DNA of 64,000 nucleotides from Penicillus capitatus (Eukaryota > Plantae > Chlorophyta): positions 434,001 to 498,000 of the forward strand of contig OZ287695.1 in the NCBI GenBank assembly GCA_965649825.1, given 5' to 3'. This document shows positions 22,893 through 36,027 of the stretch, one piece after another. A program made the translations under genes and the position numbers. The notes under the pieces were generated by a model. That model ran no database searches. It worked only from the letters and a program-made list of their open reading frames with translations, and was not told the origin of the DNA. The number at the start of each line of letters is the position of its first letter. Position 1 is the first letter of the stretch.

Positions 22893-25433
22893 TTACAGCA
22901 TCAGCAAGATTAGGGATGTCCATCCTGTAAACGGACGGCAGCCTTTTCCCTGACCTGTCACGTCATCATACTGTTCCCACAAGAAACCCGTTCTCTCGTA
23001 CTCGCGCACCACGTTTTTGACGACATTGCGTCGCAGGGCCTTGTAGATCTGCCGACAATGGGATTTGTAGGGTCCTTCCAATCTCCCGTAGTACTTAAGC
23101 GCCTCCAGTGCAAGGTAGTTCATGTTAATCCATATCGCTCCTCTCCAGTAAGGCGGATCATGCATCGTGTTCCACACCTGATAGAAGGCGCTCGATTTTG
23201 ACAGCGACCGTAAGCCAAACTCCGTCCAGAGCAGTTCCGGATCCTGAATCAACCGTAAGTGCCGCTTCAACAGCGGATCGTCCGGCAACATCAGTTTCAT
23301 AAAGAAGGGAAACAGAGAAACGTATCCAAAATGGGGAATCCACTGCAACGTCGGGGACTTGTCGATGACGCGAACCACCCTCTCCTACAGAACAGAGGTT
23401 CGGACACCGCGAGACGCACGGCCACGAACCTCCTCTCCATGAGGCGTCGACATAAAGAACTTCTCCAGCCGCGCTCCCTCAGCATGGAGTCCATAATCCG
23501 AGAACCATCCCCTCTTCTTGTCGTAGTGCTCTGAGCGGACAGCTTCCACGGCATTGAGTTTTGCCGCCAGCTCTGAGTAGGTCGCCTGCTCCGATGCTGG
23601 CCTTCCCAGTGTGCTGGCAATGGAGGACATGGCCGTCGCTGCCATAGCGATCCAGCATCGAATGTCCAAATGATACTCATCCGGCGTCGGATGCGATGCC
23701 CGAGGATAATCATCCAGACCCGAATCCAACGTCAACGGCACGAGCTTATCCGTCGAGGCCGTCCGCGACGTCCAACGATACGTTCCGTTCTTCAAGCCCC
23801 TATGGTTGCCCACGATCCAATCGAACCATGTGACCAAACGTGGCCACGCCGCCGATAGAAACGCCTGAGCATCGCTGTCGTTCTGGGCGGCGATTTCGGC
23901 GAGGGGAAGGAAGAGTGTGGGCGGATTGCCGATGGCTGGGTCCTGGATAATGAATTCGTCCGGGACTCTGGACCGCGCTTCCATTCCCAGAATCTGCTCT
24001 CTGGCAATCCAGCCGTCCTGTGACATGAGATCGAGCCAATGGGCCAAAATGTCTTTGCACAGCATCGGATCCCATTTCTGTATGAGGATCAGATGAAAAC
24101 CTTCATCCCACAGAAAGCCTCTGGGAAAAAACGAACGACTGGGTACCGAAGTGAAGAGCTCCGTGTCAAAACTCTCCTGCACCGAAGGCGCGTCGCCGTT
24201 CTTTTCCGTGACGCGCACCATCGAAGCGCCGTAGAAGTATCCGATGCCTCCCAAGAGATTGCTCAAGGCATAGAAGAGCGCCGACAGTTCGGCATCGCTG
24301 AAGGTGCGTTTGGTCTTGTTGAGCCAGCGTTGCGCAAAACTGTCGCGGAATTTCTGCCCGCGGTTCTTCAGCAGGACGTCCAGATTGTTGCCCACCAATG
24401 CCTCGTATCGACTCGGCCAGAACTCCCCGTGCAAGAACACGACTTCGAAGCTGAACGGTGGGATACCGGACACCTGAACCGTGGCAAAGTTTGGATGCTC
24501 CGTTGCCGATGACAGCCAAATCGGCGGATCGTGCAACCTGATGCGCAGCTTCTCGTAGTCCTTGTGTTCTTGCTGATGATACTGATACTGCAGACTCTCG
24601 TACAGCGCCTCGTGCACGGCCTTTGTCAGATTATGATAACCGCCGACAGGGAAGCCGCTTTTATAGATCTTCAGCTTTGCCAGATCGGTCGAGTGCAGAC
24701 ACAGGCGCCACGGACCGATGGCAAAGTGCTTTCCTGTCAGGACCTGCTGTCCGTGCGGGCCGATCCGTTCGTCCAGCAGCTTCCATTCGAGCTCTTTGGC
24801 AAGGGCGGGATCGGTGCCCCCTTCATCGGCGAGGTAGAAGAAGAGAGCGACCTCTTTGGGAATGGCGCTGTCGACCGAGATACGGACACTCCAGTCCTCC
24901 GACCTCTTGACCCAGGCCGTGGTGATGTTGACAGCTGCTTTGTTGTCGCGTATGGTCTGAAGACCGTAGTCACGTCCATTGTGCTCGATCCATCCGTACT
25001 GAACATTGTCGTCTTGGTTTGCCGTGTGGCGGATATCGTTGAGATGGTCGAGATGTGAAGCATCGAGCCACATGAGACCGGCCAGAAGAGATGACGGCAG
25101 ACGCATGCGCAGACCGAAGTAGAGACCCGGACGGTAGGTACCCCATAGCATCTCTCTGCGGTAGGTGCTGTCGAAGAGGGGGCAATTCTTGACGAAAGGG
25201 ACGTCAAGAGGCGTCAGACTGGGATGTGACAGGAGTGATGTGTATCTAAAGTACACGGCCAAGGCGAAGGAGACAAGACTGACGACGCATAGCAACAAAC
25301 GCAGACGGCGCATTCCTGCGACACGTCGCCTGGCAAGCGGCAAAGAGGGAGAGGGCCATACCGAGTGTATGGACAGATCGTCTGGCGTGCGGAGCGACGC
25401 GCTCTCGGTGCGGTTCTCGGCTGTCGCGAACAT
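22893..25433 (-). CDS. MOGS: Mannosyl-oligosaccharide glucosidase I (GH63)
   Basis: Type II TM anchor, MLWGTYRPGLYFGLR, FFPRGFLWDEGFH, WIAREQILG, SGLDDYPRA and PYWRGAIWINMNY; one intron near 23400. The start ATG is uncertain (25433 or 25313). Confidence 0.95.
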
Positions 25434-25736
25434 GTCGGCGCAGACGCGGCGGCATATCGTCGAAAGATGGGTCGCATAAGAGCGGTGCGCGTACCGTTCA
25501 GTCCTGCAGCGACCTGCGCGACGGTTCACGCAGAAGGATGGCATCGACGCCTCCTTCGACGCGGACACGACGACGGCCAAAAGACAAGACGAATTAAATG
25601 CCCATCCTATGAGAAGGGCAACATCCTCGCGTCTCTGGATGTTGTTTGCACTCTATGACGAGTCGTTGTACATCAAACGGATGAAGTGCGGCCTGGAATG
25701 GTTGTGAACGAGAAGACGTCGTCGTCGTGCGATCGA

Positions 25737-26778
25737 TCATGCCGTGTTCGTCTTGATCCAGTTGCTGACCTCGGCGACATCGACAAACATTCCGGGTTGC
25801 TTGTTGGTGCTGCAATCCCCGACCGCTCCCGAAATGACCCCCACTTGCACATCGCCGCTCTCGCTGTTGCCCAATTTGAGCAACGGACCACCGAGATCTC
25901 CTAAAGGCAGGTGTTGCTGATATCGAGACGACGTCGATCGAGATCGCGTGCCTTCGCAGATGTTGACATTGCTCTTTCCGGCGCAGATGAATCCGGAAGG
26001 CGGGTTCAGATCATCGCACTTGCTTGGCGACACTTTGTAATCTTTGCGTGCTTGCATGATGTCGGATAGAGGTCCCTGAGGACTCGTTCGTCCCCAGCCG
26101 ACAACAGCCACCGTCGTTCCTGCACCGTCCACGCCTCATCCACGACACCGCACACGTCACATCATCACCTTTCGAAGGAGATTCATTCTTATTCGCGATC
26201 TTGACTTTGGTCTGCGAGGCGGCGGATTTTGAGAGTTTGGCGACGGCGATGTCGTGTGGACTGTTGGCGCTTGTGTACTCTGGATGAAGTGTGACTTCTT
26301 GTATGGTCAATTCCTATGCGGCTCATCAAGGTATGGCGACTGTGATGTGACGTGCCTTTTCGAAGTCGCCTTCTCTGTAGTATCCATTAATGTACGCTTT
26401 GGCATTGGGGACGCCGTCCAGACACGAAGCCGCCGTCAGTATGTACTTATCCTTAATGAGTGTCCCCGAGCAGAGATGCGTGTTGAATGTTGGGTGCTTG
26501 ATGGACACCAGGTATTCAAAACGGCAGGATTCGGCTGGGAAGCTTCCCTACGCACATGATGTGACGTCTCTGCCTTTGCAAAGGACCAGACGCGCGTACC
26601 TCGACGGTCACATCTCGTCCATCGTTATCACACTCTGCAGACACACTCGGGACGTAGAGCATCGACCGAGAGCAGAAGACAGCGAACCTTTGGCACAGAC
26701 GTGGCGTTGTGTGCAAAAGAGAAGGAATAGACAGAAAAGAAGACGCCGTGGCGCAGTGGCACTCGGCATGTGCGGCAT
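25737..26778 (-). CDS. Secreted trypsin-fold serine protease homologue, catalytically dead
   Basis: Signal-peptide-like N-terminus; LCSGTLIKDKYILTAASC (His to Ser), HDIAVAKL, ICEG|DLGGP (Ser to Leu); VTVE|GS replaces IVGG. Confidence 0.85.
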
Positions 26779-26984
26779 ATCGTCGTCAACGGCACGCACG
26801 ACTGTCTGCTTTACCACAGGCGTTTATCGTCGCGTCAATTCTCACGACGCGCTGCTGAATGCCGAGTAACTCGTATGAAGAAAGATAGCTGAGAAGAATC
26901 GGTTGATAGTGAATTCGCAAATAGTGACGAACGCGACGTGTTCGAATAGTGAATGAAGAACAGAGCCGCGTTGTCTAACCGGCA

Positions 26985-28496
26985 GTGGACCAGGGTGACA
27001 GGTCTGACGTGACAGGCAGTCTTCGTACTGTGCGTCCCAGTTGCGCCAACTTGCGGCGTGATGTCCAAACCCGATGCCACCGAGGTGCGCTGTCGAGTGG
27101 CGGATCCGGTGTGAGATTGTGTGATAAGGTTAACCCGAAAGATCTGAAAGGCGAATTTCGTCTCCTTCGTCAATTGCGTCTGGCCGAGTTTGACGCCGTC
27201 GTGGCGAAGTTGTGTCAGAAGCGAACGGAAGAAAGACTGGATCGTTTTCGAGAGACGACCGACTTTGAGGAGCTTCTCTTTGAGCAGATAGCCCATGTGG
27301 AGAAACGGGAAGAGCGACTAAAAGCGCAGTATACCTACCTTCAAACGGAACTCGTCGCGGCCAACGAACGCGAACGCAAGGCCATGGTAGGGATGTCTTG
27401 TCCGCGGCGCTCGTCCTGGAGACGGTTTGCAGGAAAAATACAGTTGCGAACGCAACGAGAAGGAGGAGCTGCACAAAGCGATGCTCGAAAACGACGAGGC
27501 GCTGCGTGCCGAGTACAAGACGCAGTAAGAGACGACGTTGTTCGATGCGTATGGCGTGATGCGCCGAGCTAGGCTTGATGAAAAAGAGGCGGCGATGCGG
27601 GCGGCGTTGACGAGAGCCAAAGAAAAGCAGGCGGAACTGAAGAAGCGCTATGAGGAGGCGCAAGAGGTGGTCGCCTTGGCCGATCGGCGTTGATATCTGT
27701 GTGCTTGCGTAGCAAATCCGTCGCGAGAACGAGGATTTGCGCTCCAAGATTGGCGAAGTGACGCTCGCCGCGCGAGAGTGTGATTTTTCTCACTCTTTTT
27801 TGCAAATGATCATGTGACCTTGGCAGAAAAGAGATATCCTCCGTTTCAGAAGCGGAGCCGATTCGGCTGTCCGACACCCACGCCGAGGAAGAGAACGTCG
27901 AAGAGATCGAAGAAGCGGCGAGTGATCCTGACGATGGCGTCTACACTGCGGGTGCGATCGACATTTCTCACTCTTTTGATGCACAAAAGTGTGACAGATG
28001 AGGTGTTCTCACGGAAGGCCGCTTCGCAATGTGGACAGCAGATGCCGCCGCAAGGAGTGCTGACACGTCAGAGGCGACGACAGATGGAGGCGTCGCCCGT
28101 GATGCAGGAAACGCCATCGCCGGCAACGCAGAACCCAGTAAAGCGTTCGCGTAAACCGGCCTATCCCTCACGTCTCTGTGTGGATCCATTGACGGCCATC
28201 AATGCGTGAGTGTTCGGCTGCCGGAGCCGTAGAGAGGACGTGTGTACAGGAGAGTGCTGGAGGCGTGTCGTGGGAGCCAAGATCCAGCGGCTACGACCGT
28301 TCTGCCGTTCGAGATCGTGCTGCCGCCTGTTCTACAGAAGCGCAGCACGAATAAACGCAAACTCGTTTCGCGCTCTGCCACGAGTCACTCCGCCGGAATC
28401 GGTCTGTCCGATGAGGCAGGAGATGAAGATACGAGACCGGCGAAGACGCGCAGTGGCGGCGGTAAAGAGAAACCGTGGCAGGTAACGGTTAAATGA
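26985..28496 (+). CDS. Uncharacterised coiled-coil protein (multi-exon, boundaries uncertain)
   Basis: Long E/K/R heptad-rich frames (EQIAHVEKREERLKAQYTYLQTELVAANERERKAM; ...KQAELKKRYEEAQE) separated by short introns, with a low-complexity C-terminus. Confidence 0.6.
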
Positions 28497-29206
28497 GCAA
28501 ACGTCACGATCACACGGTCCAGTTATTCAAAACTACGACCAACAACAATCAACACGGTTAGCTCCTCTGAAATCGATGCCTTTGCCTTCGGTTTATTGGA
28601 TTTTGTGGCGTGAACAAGTAAGTAAGAATCGAAAACTTCTTTCGTATGAAACAATGACCAGTTCAGGACGATTGTGTAACGATTGATTTTTTGATGACTT
28701 CAGTTGTGGGACCCCAGGGACTGGCTAAACCAAAATACAAACGTGCCAGATGTACTACGGCCAAAAAATACACAACGGAAGCTAAAAATAGTTTTGCACA
28801 AGGGGTCATAGCAGACATTTAAAATGCCCCCTGTGCGTGCTGTTGCGGGACATTTATTTGTCCGGTAAACATTCAATGGAGACAATACGATAATTCGTGC
28901 GCCGTTTCCAGCGCCCTTAAAGTTCATTGCTGTGGAGCAGGGGGTGAGGGGAGACAAAAAGACATCGACAGTACTTAATAACATTTCTGCAGCAGTCGAC
29001 CAACTGCGCAATCATACTTGGCGCTCAGAAGCGCAATGCAGAGCTGCTCGACGCAGCATCTCTTTCGACGTCGTCTGAATAATACGGAACGCGTTGTTCT
29101 GAACGCACCGGCACATATCTTCGCTGTTCTCTATGCTCTTCCTCTCGCAGCCATCTCTTATCGCCACGCAGCTCACGAGCAAGCACACTGAAACAGCGTC
29201 ATCAGA

Positions 29207-31950
29207 TCAGAGAACGTCAAGAAGGCGTGACCTGTTGATTTCATGCTTCTCGCCGCTGAGATGGCCGAGGCTGTGTCTGTCTGTGGACGGCGCTGACGAC
29301 GCATCGTAATCGGAAGACTCGCGACTGTCTTTCGGATCGTCCCTGGATGACTGTTTCTTCGACTGACCCGTCCGTTTCATCGAGCCTGTCCCTTGACAGA
29401 GGCGTTGGTGTTTCGCATAGCTCTCCTCACTAGCAACCCACCACTCAGTCCATACGCATCGTCACGTCCAACGAGATGCGGCGTACTTGAATGAACGGCC
29501 GCACTTGGTGCAGACGAAGAGCGAATGTCTGTCCCAGTACATATAGACGGCGTTGTTAAATTCGAGGACAGCTTCTGGATCGGTCGGCAGCGTTAAGTGT
29601 GGAAATCCTTCGTACTCTGGCGGCGGCGATGGCAGGGAACGCCGTTCCTTCTTCGGCTTCGTCGCCTCTCGATCGATCCAGAGCTTCTGACACCGTGGCA
29701 CGTGCAGAAAGAGGCTTTGACTGCCATACTGACGCCCACACAGATAACAACAGTACTGTGCCGGTCGCATATCGACCACGACGGACGTCTTTGGCTTGCT
29801 CGAAGAAGAGGCGTTCATAGCGATGGCCGCCGGTTGATGATACTTCGACGGTCCAAGAGGGCCACCAGGATTCGCCGCTGTACACACGCGTTGATGCTTT
29901 TCGAACGCTTCCTCACTAAAGACCCCACACACGGATGTCTGGCAACGTGGATTGCCTGGGAGCGAGGATCTCACGTGAATGTCCGACCGCAGTGTGGGCA
30001 CCCCATCAACGATCGTTTCTCGTAGATCTCGAGCATCTTGCTGTTGAAAGCGTCGATGGCTTCGCGTTCCGTCGGCAGTGGATCGTCCAGTTCTGGCGGC
30101 GGCGTTGGTGGAGGACGCCGATCGCGTTTTCGTTGTTTGAGTGCCTCTTGGTCTTCCCATAGCTGACGGCATTGCCTCAGATGAATCCCCAGACTCGCAC
30201 TGCCAAACTGGCGTCCACAGAGGTAACAGGTATACCCTCGAGGCCCGCGCGTTGTCATACTTATGCTCTTATCCAACGAACGCTTGCCGTCTCGGTGCTC
30301 TGTCTTCGCTTCCTTGGACGGTTCGATTTCGGATATGGACCAGCGACGCATGTACTTGCGCGTTGAGCTGGTTGTCTTGGCGGCAAGGGTGGATGTGTTT
30401 TCTTTCTCCTTGAGGGCATGGGTCTCTCTGGATCGATGGGTAATTGGCGGCAGCTCTGCTGACGGCGCAAAGGAATGCGTCGCCGCCGCCACCGTTGCCC
30501 GATTTGACGACTGCACACACAGTATTCGTGAACTTCGAGGCCTGGATGTCGCCATCGGCGCACTTGGGATTTCTTGAGAGTACGGTGGCTGTCATGATGC
30601 GTCGCTGTCACAGACTCTTTGAAAGAATGTACACCGTGGCGGCGTCCGGAAGGATCCGATTTATGCACTTCCGGTTGACGTGACGGGATCTCCTGTACAC
30701 ACGCCTCCTTTATCAACGTCACCGTTCGGACAGACGATCGTCGTCGGGCTGGGATCATATCAACGGTCGGGGAAGGAGCAGCAGGCCGACGTCCATGACG
30801 ATTCTCCTCCTGACAGGAATGATAAGGCTTGTACTTTGGCAGCGGCGGATCCTTGGAATGATCCACCGGCAACGGACGACTTCCGGTAAACGACCTGCTC
30901 CGTTCCGCCCTCTTGACCGCATCGGCATCGCGTTTGACAGGATGCAATGTCTTTGACGATGCCATAGTCGTCGGCTTCTCTCTCTGTGGTAGATCGATGG
31001 TATGGTAGATCGAGAAGCGTCGAGGACTGTCATCCAGCGATTCGGCCCCGTACACCGGAGCCGTCCTCAACGCCTCGGCTCTCTTCAGAAGACGCGCAGG
31101 ATCTTCCATGCTATGAAGAAATGGCGGCTTGGATCCGTCTTGTGATCGTCTCCGCATACGTTGCGGCTTACGGGAGACGACATCTGACGCTTGACGCTGA
31201 AGAACATCATCGACAGAATCACGATGCTCTAACTGACAAATCTTGATGTGTCTAAGATAGGCTCCCGTCCTACACGGTCACACTTTTTGAAAAGACAGGC
31301 AATGAGAGCGTTGCCGCACTTGAACGTTTTCTTGCAGAACTCGCAGCGTCGGTTTATTGCCGCGAGCCATGCGCATCTCATAAGTTTGTTAAACATCTCT
31401 GATGTTTCGAACGTCGTCGGAAGTTCCTGGTCCAATTCGACAGGGCGAACGGGAAGGCGCGCGCGTTCCTTCTTGGGTTTTATTTCTTCGCGCCGGTTCC
31501 ACGCCTTCAAACAATCTGGAACATGATCCAACAACCTACAGCCACACCACAGCATTGACGCCCAGTCCATGTCGGCGCATCTCCTGCCTAGATCTCTGGA
31601 AATGCTGTCCGCATAAATAACAAACAAGTTGCAATTCCGGCTCCTTTATCTCTTTCAATTTCGAACTTGGCCTCCGCGTGAAACACTTCTTAAAACTCTG
31701 ATGCATTGAGGCGACGGCATTGAGGGCAGGCAGCGTCCGATTTGCGGTCACCTTTTTTGCCGGAGTCTCTGGCGGGACGTCGACGTCTTCGTCGGAGGAA
31801 CTCGACGATGCTGTCGACACACGATGACTCTGTATATCTTTACCCAATCTGCCAAACCACAAAAGCCGTGTGTATGGGAGAAGGGTGGGGGCAGACACGT
31901 CAGGTCTGGCCCGCCACTCGGCGTCTTACTTTTTCTCGTTCTGTCTCCAT
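29207..31950 (-). CDS. Protein with three C2HC zinc-finger modules (ZNF474-like)
   Basis: CYLCGQHF...HVPDC, CYLCGRQFG...HLRQC and CYLCGRQYG...HVPRC, each followed by a CxxC...H...C finger. The start is uncertain. Confidence 0.75.
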
Positions 31951-32156
31951 CTTCGAGGCCAAAGAAGCAGACCGACAATAGAGGGAACCATCGTTCAAAT
32001 CCGGGTCACCCTCAACGAACGCGCATAAAACCAAAACTGAGTCGTCGACGAACGGAAGATGGACGGAAATCAAAAGCCAACAAGGACTTGTGAGGAAAGC
32101 GGAAAGGGTTCTGAAAACGGAAGCGGTTGAGGGGGGAAATCGCACCACGCGTGTCG

Positions 32157-33475
32157 ATGGTTTCGAGCGCTAACCATTGGCTCCGCCGGTCGTACACTCT
32201 TTGCGACACCGTTATGGCGTCGACCGATACCGTCCCCGACGAAAATCCGACGCCTGCGCTCGAGTACCTCAACAAAACGACGGTGCTCAAGTGCTACTCG
32301 ACGCAGAACGCCAGCAGCTCGGAGCAAACTGTGCACCTCGTGGGGACAGCACACGTGTCTAAGAAATCGTGCACCGTGGTGCAGAATGTGATACGAGAAG
32401 TGCAGCCCGAAGTCCTGACCTCCTTCCACAAAGGCCATCTCTCAACAGTCTACCGCGTAGGCGATTTTTCTGGAGCTCTGTCGAGCGAGGAGTGAGATTC
32501 TGAAGCCGCCCCCTGCCGATATCGTCCGTCCTCTCCTTTTGTATGACGATGACGGTCGGTGTGTCAGTCGGCGACGAAGGCAGATATGCGAACGGCACTG
32601 GTGGCCTGGCGCAAAGGACAGGCGACGCTGTTCGATGCTCTCTACTCGTGGATGCTATCTCGATTCGGATCCGAAATGGAGGTGCCTGTCACATCATCCA
32701 TCGATCGCCCCGCAGCGGCGTGTCTGCGCAGAGTCTTCCGGGTGAGGAATTCCGTGTGGCCTTCGAAGAATCCAGAAAGATCGGCGCCCAAGTCATGCTC
32801 GGCGATCGACCCGTGCGTCTGCCAGACGAGCGCTCTCAACTGGCGTGTGCCTCTTCTAGATCCACGTGACGGTTAAGCGTATGTGGTCTGGACTGAGTTT
32901 CTGGGAGAAATGCCGTCTCTGTTGGCATCTCGTCGTCGCCGGGATCGATATTCCAGACAAGGACGAAATCTTGAAGCTCTTTAACGAGTGGGAGGTGCGA
33001 AAGGCCATCCGTGTTGTCTGGTTGCTCTCCATCTAGGTCTTCAGGAAACAGATGCCATTACAGAAGTGATCCGCGAGTTCAGCGAAATGTTTCCGTCCAT
33101 CAGCGTCCACCTGATCGACGAACGGAATCTCTATATGGTGCGATCTGGAATGCCATTGGGCGCCGCCTTTAGTGGGATACCGATGGCGGCGGTGTTGTAG
33201 ATCCACATGTTGCGTGAGCTCTCGCACCGAGCCTCCTCCATCGTCGCCGTCGTTGGGGCCGGGCATCTCCCCGGTATCAAAGAAAACTGGGAAAAAGAAA
33301 TCAACATCTCGGAGGTAACCCGTTCTCCAGTTGCCGCGTCTTTCGTCAGAGGTGTCTACAGATCGGTGCCTTGCCTAAGGCGAAGCCATCGAATATCTGG
33401 CATTACTGTCTGTTGGCCTCCGGCTGCGTCGCGCTCGTTTCTGTCGTGTATCTCAGAGTGCGAGCAACACCATAG
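32157..33475 (+). CDS. TraB/PrgY-domain protein (TRABD-like) with C-terminal membrane anchor
   Basis: VHLVGTAHVS, EFRVAFEES, VMLGDRPV, LIDERNLYM, VAVVGAGHLPGI and a hydrophobic tail. Confidence 0.88.
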
Positions 33476-33632
33476 CACACCCGCCGCCATTCGAACCGCT
33501 CTATCGCCTGTTCCTTACGGCTTGGATTTGTAAGAGAGGAACACGAGAGAATAACCCGTGTGAGGGTCGACTGCATGACGGGCGCTTGACCCTCGTCAAC
33601 GCGTGCGTCGTCGTCGTCGTCCAGTCAACACC

Positions 33633-33989
33633 ATGCTTGATGAGGAGAGACGAAGCGAGGGATGGAACGAAGAGGACTCGGTGGACGATGCCGAAGTCGA
33701 CACCATGATCCGCGAGAGTCTCACACAAGTGATCGGCGACGTGGCGTTTGTCCATGGGAAATGCGACATCTGGGTGGCCAATATCGTCGAAGGATGTCTC
33801 AAACGCCTCGCCGCCTTTCAGAAACCATTCAAATACGTCGTCACGTGTAATCTACAGCAGAAAGCGGGAGCGGGTTTGCACACGGCCTGCTGCACGCGAT
33901 GGTCGGACAAGAGTGACGGGAAGCTCACTGTTCAGTGGGAGAACGCTACTATCTTTGCCCTGGTGACGGTCTACTGGCTCGCTCTGTAA
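33633..33989 (+). CDS. DYNLT: Tctex-1 family dynein light chain
   Basis: KPFKYVVTCNLQQKAGAGLHTACCTRWSDKSDGKLTVQWEN; single exon. Confidence 0.92.
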   Translation: MLDEERRSEGWNEEDSVDDAEVDTMIRESLTQVIGDVAFVHGKCDIWVANIVEGCLKRLAAFQKPFKYVVTCNLQQKAGAGLHTACCTRWSDKSDGKLTVQWENATIFALVTVYWLAL

Positions 33990-34052
33990 AAAACGTCGCG
34001 TCACAGTGTCTCCCCTTATAAACGTCCTGTCCTGTCTGACGTGGCCTTAGCG

Positions 34053-34529
34053 ATGTCCTGCCTTGCAGGTTGGAACCGAACCGCCGTTGTTCGTGTTGTT
34101 TTGCCGAGATGGCGGCGATGCGAATGGCGCTCGCTGCGGCGTGAGGCGACGGCAGATCACGATGCCCAGCGTTTCGACCTCAGCGGACCGTTGCTTCTCG
34201 CCTCGGCCGTTGTCATGGCGCATTACTGGACGCATCCGAGTGAGGCCCTCGCGACGATGGACATCCTAAAGGAAGGCGGCGGACATCGTGTGCCGATGGA
34301 GATCGGACAGATCGCCGAGAATGAAGATTTCTGGGCCAATATGGCACGCTACTCGCGCTTCTTTGTATCCGTCCTCGTCGGCACCGTCTACACGACGCTG
34401 AAGCCCATCGGTCGATTGCTCAAGAACCCGATCACAGCTGTCGCCATAGTGGGAGGCAGCGTCGTTCTCTATCTCTTCCTCAGTGCCACCCTCCGAGGCA
34501 TGTTGGGACTGAACGATCTCGACATGTAA
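34053..34529 (+). CDS. DUF751 family plastid-targeted membrane protein
   Basis: FWANMARYSRFFVSVLVG...KPIGRLLKNPITAVA, preceded by a transit-peptide-like N-terminus. Confidence 0.8.
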   Translation: MSCLAGWNRTAVVRVVLPRWRRCEWRSLRREATADHDAQRFDLSGPLLLASAVVMAHYWTHPSEALATMDILKEGGGHRVPMEIGQIAENEDFWANMARYSRFFVSVLVGTVYTTLKPIGRLLKNPITAVAIVGGSVVLYLFLSATLRGMLGLNDLDM

Positions 34530-34575
34530 CGACAGATCTCGCCGTTTTTTGAACACGCACTCAAAGGTCCATCTC

Positions 34576-35863
34576 TCACGTTGTCTTACGGGCGAGATTC
34601 TTCATCCCGATGCCGACGCACGAAAGGAAGACCGTTTTGTGTTGCGTCTCGGGGCGAATGCTAAAGACGATGCCAAAGAAATCGCGCAACAGTCGCAGCA
34701 TCTCGACGCTCTGCGATGCCAACGGTCCAAACCGAACCTCGCTCAGGAGCTCCGGGCCCATGGCGCAGAGCAAAAGGACCAGAGACTGATGACGATGATC
34801 CACAACGCCGCCTCTCTGGATCGCGTCCAACAGCGACGCCGCTGCATAGCGTCCGATCTCTTCGGGTCGAGTCGGCAGGGCATCGCTGGATCTCCAGGCT
34901 ACGCCCTCAGCCGAGAGCAAACATCCCGTCGTCGTCTCCGCCACGAGATGCAGTCCATAACTGGGACTCTTTCCCGATTCCTTCCCCCGTACGGCATCGG
35001 TGAAGATGTGCACGTCGGCTAAGTAAGGATTCAGCAATCCACGAGCGGCGCCGACCATTCTGTATGGAGACACGATCGAGCGGGCATCCGTCGAAGTGGA
35101 CGGCGTACGTGTTTGTGAACTGTGGAGAGACTTTGAGAGCGTAAGCGACGCCGCGGATCTTTTTGATCAGACCTTCGTCTGTCCATCGCACCGTCGGGAT
35201 CTGCCGAACGGCAGGGACAGTCAACTTCACCTAGAAGTCCCGCCATGGACGGGATAGCCAGCCCATGCGTCCTCGGTCACCTACCTGACCGCCGCCATCC
35301 GGAGCCGCCCCTCGTCGGATGACTTTCAGTTCGAGTCCATCGTCATCGATGCCGCAGAGACGTGACACCAGAGGCAAGGTAACGCTGCGCAAGATATCGA
35401 CCGAGGTATCCCTGTCATCATGTGTGATGCCCTCGAGTGTCGCCGTCAGCTTCTGAAAGAACCAACCCAGCGCCGTCGGCTCTTGTGTTAACCGTAATGA
35501 GATCCTCTCACTCTTTTTCCAAAGAGGCCAAGAACAATGAGGGGTTGCAAAAAGTAGGAGAGATTTCGTGTCGTGGTGTGCGGAAGATGGATGTGGCCTC
35601 CCGTGATCAGACCAGGCTTGTAGAAGCACCCTGTGCAAAGGCGTTCCGTTTTTGGCGGCGCGTCGGCGGAGACCTGTTGCGTGCAGTTCGACAAGGCAGC
35701 CGTTGGAAAGGCTCTCGATCAAACGCAGAAGCACAATCTCTTCCTCCCGCAGTCCCGGACGCGCATCTTCTTTGCGAATGTCCTCAAAGCGAATCGACCG
35801 ACCGGAGAGCGTCGAACAGACGAGGCGTTCGGCAAAAGACGACGTATCGACGAAACGCATCAT
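34576..35863 (-). CDS. RCL1: RNA 3'-terminal phosphate cyclase-like protein (18S rRNA processing)
   Basis: RLVCSTLSGRSIRFEDIR...PGL, YKPGLITGG, RRGAAPDGGG, GVAYALKVSP, LNPYLADVHIFTD and KTVFLSCVGIGMKNL. Confidence 0.92.
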
Positions 35864-36027
35864 CGCGAGAGCGTCGTGCAGCGGAAGGCGACGATGACAG
35901 CAGCGGTCGCTGTCGAGTGGCGGCTCGCCATAGACCAGGAGTACACACGCTGGTAATCGAGGCCGTTGTGTCCGAGTCGTACTGTGGCCTTCGTTTTGGT
36001 CAACGGACAGCCTTGTGTGCTGTCGCA

